The position numbers and the translations under genes were made by a program. The notes below the pieces were generated by a model. The model was not told the origin of the DNA. It did no database searches and saw only the letters and a program-made list of their open reading frames with translations. Source: Eledone cirrhosa (taxonomy: Eukaryota). Taken from it: 64,000 bases of DNA. The stretch's first letter is position 1. Each line of letters opens with the position of its first letter. Where the stretch lies: the NCBI GenBank assembly GCA_964016885.1, contig OZ024741.1, positions 308,698,001 to 308,762,000 of the forward strand, given 5' to 3'. Of this stretch, positions 60,772 through 64,000 are shown piece by piece.

Positions 60772-60980
60772 TGTGAAGGCGCGTGGCTGATTGGTTAGCG
60801 AACTGGATTCGCAATCGTGAGGTTGTCGGTTCGATTCCTGGACCGGGCGATGCGTTATGTCCTTGAGCAAGATACTTTATTTCACGTTGCTCCTTCTACC
60901 TGGAGTTGCGACCGATAGATAGTATTAGCAAATGGAAAGACCATTGTTTCCTCGGTCCGATTTGACGAAAGTCGATCGAC
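60772..60980 (+). mobile_element. SINE family B variant with a different 3' module (copies at 50378-50588 minus, 48802-48895, 6186-6258)
   Basis: Same tRNA head and CCTTGAGCAAG domain, but 3' end TACCTGGAGTTGCGACCG...CGGTCCGATTTGACGAAAGTCGATCG. Confidence 0.8.
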
Positions 60981-61015
60981 AAAAAAAAAACAAAAAATAT
61001 GTGTATGTGTATATG

Positions 61016-61050
<35 letters not shown>

Positions 61051-61063
61051 CTGTGTGTGTGTG

Positions 61064-61094
<31 letters not shown>

Positions 61095-61358
61095 TCAATG
61101 AATTCAGTTCACAATCACGCTACGCGACAGCTTGGGTATGTGTCGTCTGGTTTAAATAATATCTTGTGAGTGGAATTTCATAAATGTAAACTGCAGAGTC
61201 CCGCCGTATATATGGTCTGTGACTATGATTATGTCCAGTATATTAGCGGTTCGATAAAAGTAAGTGTCAGAAATTAATAAATTAGCACTAGGGTCGATAT
61301 GATCGACAATCGTAGGTGGTTGGCTGAAACCTTTAACAGAATTTCTAAAATGTGTGAG

Positions 61359-61402
<44 letters not shown>

Positions 61403-62278
61403 CATATACATGCACGCGCGCGTGCACCCCCATACATATATGTATGTGTGTATATATATAAACATATATATATATATATAAACACACACACACACACATA
61501 TATATATGTGTATATATTTGACATATATATGTATAATTCACATGCCTTTACTCTATTACGCGCGTGTAAATATGTATATACACATATAATACCGTGCGGT
61601 TAAACCCCTGGGAGTGAAGGACCCCTAGCCTTTGTCAGGGCATTCTTCTAGGAGGAGGCAACTCAGGAAACTGGGATAATTTCGATATAAAACCTGCGGC
61701 TCAGTAGTTACCGATGATGTTGATATTTTCTTCTTCTCGGGTTATAGCTACTGTCGCTCAGAGAGTGGGATTGGCTCAGTGCACGATAGAATTAATAATT
61801 GTTTCTACTTTAGGCACAAGGCCAGCAATTATCCCAGTACATTACTGGTACTTTATTTTATCGACCCCGGAAGGATGAAAGGCAAAGTTAACCTCGGCGG
61901 GAATTGAACTCAGATCGTAAAGGGACGTAACTATGCTGGAAAGCATAATCCAACCCTCTACCGATACTGCCAATTCACCGCCCTATAGAATTAATTAATA
62001 ATTATTAATAATGGTATATCGTGCAATGGTCATATTCGATAACGAGGGGGCAGCCATCATATATATATATATATTTACCATCGGGTAAATAAGCGGTAAC
62101 GAATCATCAGTGAAATAAGAATTTAGAGTGAAACCCTTTATAGTGGGTAACATAGTTTCACCTAGAAATGTCTACAGTGTATGCTCGACATGCTAACATA
62201 GACACCTATTTCCCCCATTTTACAACTTAGCATCCTTAAAAATAATGTTTTCTGTAGCCGATTAAAATTGTACTCTTG

Positions 62279-62361
62279 TATTGGGTCGTCAAGTATGAAA
62301 TGTGTAGAAATTTGGTTTTTGTCTACAAATTTCTACAAATTTCATACTTGACGACCCAATA
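62279..62361. repeat. Inverted repeat, about 36-bp arms
   Basis: TATTGGGTCGTCAAGTATGAAATGTGTAGAAATTTG / CAAATTTCTACAAATTTCATACTTGACGACCCAATA. Confidence 0.85.
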
Positions 62362-63090
62362 ATAATAGTGATACCTGATTTAGCCATACGGCCAGTAATT
62401 TGGGAGGTGCGGAGGAAAGTCGATTATATTGACCTTTGTATTTGACTGGTACTTTATTTTATCGACCCCTGATCTTGGTGGGTTTTGAAGACAACGTGAA
62501 AGAGCACGGAAAATATTTGCAACAGCAATAATAATTTCAAGGCGACAGATCAATGGGACATTACAAGGGCTGGTTATATAGATTGTGTGTGTTGGTGGGG
62601 TGTAACATGCACAAGGTGATGATAGGAGAGAAAAAAAACTATTCATCCACATACACATATAAACACACACACACTATATATATATAAACATATATATATA
62701 TATATATATATAAACATATATATATATATATAAGCATATATATATAAACATATATATATATATAAGCATATATATATAAACATATATATATATATAAGCA
62801 TATATATATAAACATATATATATATATATGCATATATATATAAACATATATATATATATATAAACATATATATATAAACATATATACATATATATATAAA
62901 CATATATATATAAACATATATACATATATATATAAACATATATATATATATATAAACATATATATATATATATAAACACATATATATATATATAAACATA
63001 TATATATATATAAACATATATATATATATAAACATATATATATATATATAAACATATATATATATATATAAACATATATATATATATATG

Positions 63091-63127
<37 letters not shown>

Positions 63128-63309
63128 ATATATATATATATATAAACACACATATATATATATATAAACATAGATATATATATATAAATTATATTATATA
63201 TATAAATATATTATATATATATATATATATTATATATTATATATAGTAAGAATAAGAATAATAGTAATAATAAATGTGAAGACTAAAATCCGAAGAGGGC
63301 TCGATAAGG

Positions 63310-63354
<45 letters not shown>

Positions 63355-64000
63355 AACCCGTAGAGTAAATATTTATTATAAGAACAGATTAAAGTTTAAG
63401 CAAAGAATCGCTGCTTTCACCCTTAACAGGATCTTGTGTGTGTGTAATATGCGACATGTCTAATATACATGATGAAACAGTTACCGGAGAACTGCCAAAA
63501 AGGATCGAGGAACCCCTAATAATATTGATAATTGTTTCTACTTTTGGCACAAGGCCAGCAATTACCAGTGTATTACTGGTACTTTATTTTATCGACCCCG
63601 TAAGGATGAAAGGCAAAGTTAACCTCGGCGGGATTTGAACAATGGTTTCTGATTTAGGTACAAGGCCAACACGAGGGGGGGGGGCGTCGAATAAACCAAC
63701 CCCAGTGCATTACTGGTACTTTATTTTCTCGACCCTATAAAGGATGAAAGACAAGGCTAACCATGGTGGGATTTGAACTCAGAACGTAATGGCCGTAACT
63801 ATGTCACAGAGCATGTCGCCCGACGCTCTACCGATATTAATAATAATGATTTCTACGATAGGCACAATGCTAGAAATTTGGGGGGAGGGGGGAAGTGTAT
63901 TAAATCGATCCCGGTGCGTGACTGGTACTTTATTTTATCGATCCCGTAACTCTATGCTACAAAGTATGTCGTCCGACATTCTGCCGATAATAATAATAAT

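Overview
Eukaryotic, very AT-microsatellite-rich DNA. The SINE families and repeat landscape resemble an octopus/coleoid cephalopod genome (inference). The only convincing host coding sequence is one large minus-strand exon (19963-17826, 712 codons) encoding the N-terminal and central part of a Prospero/Prox1 transcription factor. It ends at a textbook U12-type (minor spliceosome) AT-AC donor, ATG|ATATCCTTT. I did not find the homeo-prospero exons in the window. The rest is intronic/intergenic: tRNA-derived SINEs, Tx1/L1-like LINE 3' fragments, Tc1/mariner MITEs and simple repeats. The unexpected feature is about 20 type-I hammerhead ribozyme motifs from at least 9 unrelated short element families, mostly embedded in (TA)n tracts and often in inverted-duplication form, as expected for Penelope-like elements or retrozymes. 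Two families carry a compensatory U3-A8 core swap, one carries U4A, and one has a branched stem II. Almost all other ORFs in the track are microsatellite translations. Repeat boundaries were read by eye and are approximate.
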